Shown piece after piece: positions 61,735 to 64,000 of a stretch of DNA of 64,000 nt. The stretch is from positions 960,001 through 1,024,000 of the forward strand of contig CAVRJM010000001.1 in the NCBI GenBank assembly GCA_963722075.1, written 5' to 3'. Position numbers and translations under genes: made by a program. The DNA comes from Candidatus Babeliales bacterium. Lineage in GTDB: Bacteria > Babelota > Babeliae > Babelales > JANWKD01. Each line of letters begins with the position of its first letter. Positions within the stretch are counted from its first letter, which is position 1. The notes beneath the pieces are model-generated. The model saw only the letters and a program-made list of their open reading frames with translations. It was not told the DNA's origin and searched no databases.

Positions 61735-62958
61735 TCAAGCAGCTTGTGATTTTTTTATACGTTCTACCAATGCTTTAATAGAATCATTTGATTGAATTAA
61801 AAATGGAATTACCATAGAGCCATTTTGTTTATTTAATAACATAGTAATAACTTCAGAAGAACTAAAAAAGGTTGCCAATGAAGGGTTTTCATAAATCCAA
61901 TAACTAATCGTATGCATAATTTCTTTTTTATCAGATACTTGTGATAGTTGCTGAATACTGTATCCAACCACTCGTTTTTTTGCTTCTGGTGATTGTATAA
62001 GATCCAGGTAATAAAAATCAGCAAATTCATCTATTCTTTTAAATAGCTCATCAGCAAATAAATGCTCATGATCATGTGGATCTGTTTCCATAAATAATTT
62101 AAATAAGGCAAATACGATATAGTGGTTTTTGTTACCTAATTGAACTATCTTTCCAATTTTTTGCTTAAAATAATCACTTATCTCTTTTTTATAATCTTCA
62201 TATAAAAATATACGATATTTGGGAACTACTTTATAAAAAAATTCAGTAAGCCGCTCATCAAGGGTTTCTACAATGGTATCTAAAGAGCCCACTAAAAGCC
62301 CTGCCCCTCTTTTTAATTCTTCTTTTTTCAATGAACTTATCTCAGCATCATCACTTATTTCTAAATACGTATAATAGCTGCTTACTAATTCAGTAGCAGT
62401 AGTATCATACATCACTTCTTGAAACGAGTTTTGTATATATATACTCAAACCAGGTGCCAGCGCCTTTTTAAGAGATTCTAAAGCGTTCGTATCTGCTTTA
62501 AAAATAGTAAGTATTAATTTCTTACCGCGCTGACTTGTTAATAACTCCGGCACGTGTGTTGCAATAAGATCATCATATTCTCGACTGTAAAGAAGCTGCT
62601 TAATCACTGCTCCAGGATTATTTTCATAAGTTTGCATTAATGCAGTAAGGCGTTCACGCTCTTCTTGCTGGTGATTAACATCTTGCGCATAAATAGCATT
62701 TCTTTTTTTATACCCCATATACACACTTATTCCAAGCGCCGCACCTATAAAAGGATTGCGCACTGAATAGATCGGGGCCTTTATAAACCCTGCTTTATTA
62801 AAAAAACCATGATTTTTTTGAGACAAAATAGTACGGGTAGTAAATGGGCTGTAACTCTTGAGACGCCCCCAAAGAGAGCTGCCTAATCGAGCATCCGCAT
62901 GAGCAGCAAAAAGACATAAAAATAGAAATAACATTTTTTTCATATAGAGAGACCTCAC
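61735..62958 (-). CDS. Secreted helical protein with basic presequence-like region and TM
   Basis: MKK signal peptide, acid-free Arg/Lys/Ser segment, TM, helical body. Confidence 0.6.
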   Translation of the reverse strand: MRSLYMKKMLFLFLCLFAAHADARLGSSLWGRLKSYSPFTTRTILSQKNHGFFNKAGFIKAPIYSVRNPFIGAALGISVYMGYKKRNAIYAQDVNHQQEERERLTALMQTYENNPGAVIKQLLYSREYDDLIATHVPELLTSQRGKKLILTIFKADTNALESLKKALAPGLSIYIQNSFQEVMYDTTATELVSSYYTYLEISDDAEISSLKKEELKRGAGLLVGSLDTIVETLDERLTEFFYKVVPKYRIFLYEDYKKEISDYFKQKIGKIVQLGNKNHYIVFALFKLFMETDPHDHEHLFADELFKRIDEFADFYYLDLIQSPEAKKRVVGYSIQQLSQVSDKKEIMHTISYWIYENPSLATFFSSSEVITMLLNKQNGSMVIPFLIQSNDSIKALVERIKKSQAA

Positions 62959-63013
62959 ATTTGTTAAGAGCTTAATCTTAATACAATTAGAATATATTAT
63001 AAATAGAATAAGA

Positions 63014-63751
63014 TCAAGGGGATGGCCGTAGGGCTACAATGCTCATTTGCCGGTACAACGTTCCTGGCTGCCGACGAACCGAACAAAACCGCTCATTACA
63101 CAAGGTGCACAGATTGTATACCATTGAAAATGCGGTGGGAGGCACTCCTGTATTTTGTAATATACCCTGATTAAATGCGGGAACATCAAAAAACAGCTTG
63201 CCATTTCTATATTTTAATACACGCTCAGGAAGCATAAAAGGAGCTATCAGCTCCTTGAATTCTGGCCCCACTTGATAACAACAACTTTTAGCGCTCGGGC
63301 CAAAAAAAATCTTTAAATCTTCTACATCGGTATTATAATGCTGCTTTAATTCATCAACTACTTTTTGCGCAATACCGTTCACTGAACCGCGCCAACCTGC
63401 ATGGGCAATTGCTATCACCTTTTGTATTTCGTCATAGAAAACAATTGGCAGGCAATCGGCAGTAGCAACTGCAAGTCCTATTGTAGGCTCTTGCGTTATT
63501 AAGTAGTCACCATCACGACTAAAGCAACCTACTGGAGATATTTCATGAGCAGCATGTATCATCATGCCAGCGGTCCCATGAACTTGATGCAAAAAAAATA
63601 ATTTATCTAGTTTTGATCTATCTAAAAGATTGGCAAAGGGAGCTTTAGTAAGCATTTCCTGAGATGTGACATTCTTAAAATCTGTCGGTATAAAAGAATG
63701 CTGCATGTCACCAAAAAAAATAGAAAGCTGTTTTTCAGTATAAAATGACAT
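63014..63751 (-). CDS. pgeF: Peptidoglycan editing factor PgeF / YfiH laccase-domain protein
   Basis: QVHG, TADCLP, AHAGWRG, GPSA..CCY.VG. Confidence 0.93.
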   Translation of the reverse strand: MSFYTEKQLSIFFGDMQHSFIPTDFKNVTSQEMLTKAPFANLLDRSKLDKLFFLHQVHGTAGMMIHAAHEISPVGCFSRDGDYLITQEPTIGLAVATADCLPIVFYDEIQKVIAIAHAGWRGSVNGIAQKVVDELKQHYNTDVEDLKIFFGPSAKSCCYQVGPEFKELIAPFMLPERVLKYRNGKLFFDVPAFNQGILQNTGVPPTAFSMVYNLCTLCNERFCSVRRQPGTLYRQMSIVALRPSP

Positions 63752-63763
63752 ACTAATGCCGCC

Positions 63764-64000
63764 TTATTTTTCTATTGATTCCAATTTCTTTTTTAAATGA
63801 TCAACTACTTTTGCATCAACGTTATGCTCTTGGGCAAATTCTATTAATGTTTGATTTGGATTTGTAGTAACCGTAATATCCGCATTGTATTTAAGCAACA
63901 AATTAATAAGTTTGTTTTTTACTGATACGGATAATGGATTAAGAAGAATAAACATAAGAGGCGTGTGATCTATCCCATCCCTTTCCAATGCAATAAGAGG
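63764..64000 (-). CDS. C-terminal end of a probable ankyrin-repeat protein (5' part outside the window)
   Basis: HTPLM, LLLKYNAD. Confidence 0.55.
   Translation of the reverse strand, partial: PLIALERDGIDHTPLMFILLNPLSVSVKNKLINLLLKYNADITVTTNPNQTLIEFAQEHNVDAKVVDHLKKKLESIEK

Overview
AT-rich bacterial chromosome segment. It most resembles an intracellular protist parasite of the Dependentiae/Babelota (TM6) type; this is an inference from gene content and was not database-checked. Housekeeping genes (secA, hisS, galE, gmd, trxA, rsmE, cdsA, bamD, tamB, pgeF, T2SS/T4P E/F/pseudopilin, 4 tRNAs) are mixed with many signal-peptide proteins that carry eukaryote-like motifs. The main candidate system is a host-ubiquitin hijacking kit. 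It comprises a four-gene tandem array (13394-22682) of secreted proteins fusing 2-3 Skp1/ElonginC-like domains to a WD40 propeller, with different putative host-targeting tags (NLS-like KRK, CaaX), plus an ankyrin protein with a SOCS-box-like motif and a Josephin-like Cys-His-Asp protease. Other highlights are a WASP/WASH-like WH2+C actin-binding tail, a carotenoid-oxygenase homolog that has lost all four iron-binding His, a split STELLO/DUF288 glycosyltransferase with a premature stop, and a shared 'signal peptide + Met' signature. Mobile DNA includes an IS1202-type element with a 17-bp target duplication, a decayed IS630 replacing most of an outer-membrane paralog, and several nested REP-like palindrome families.
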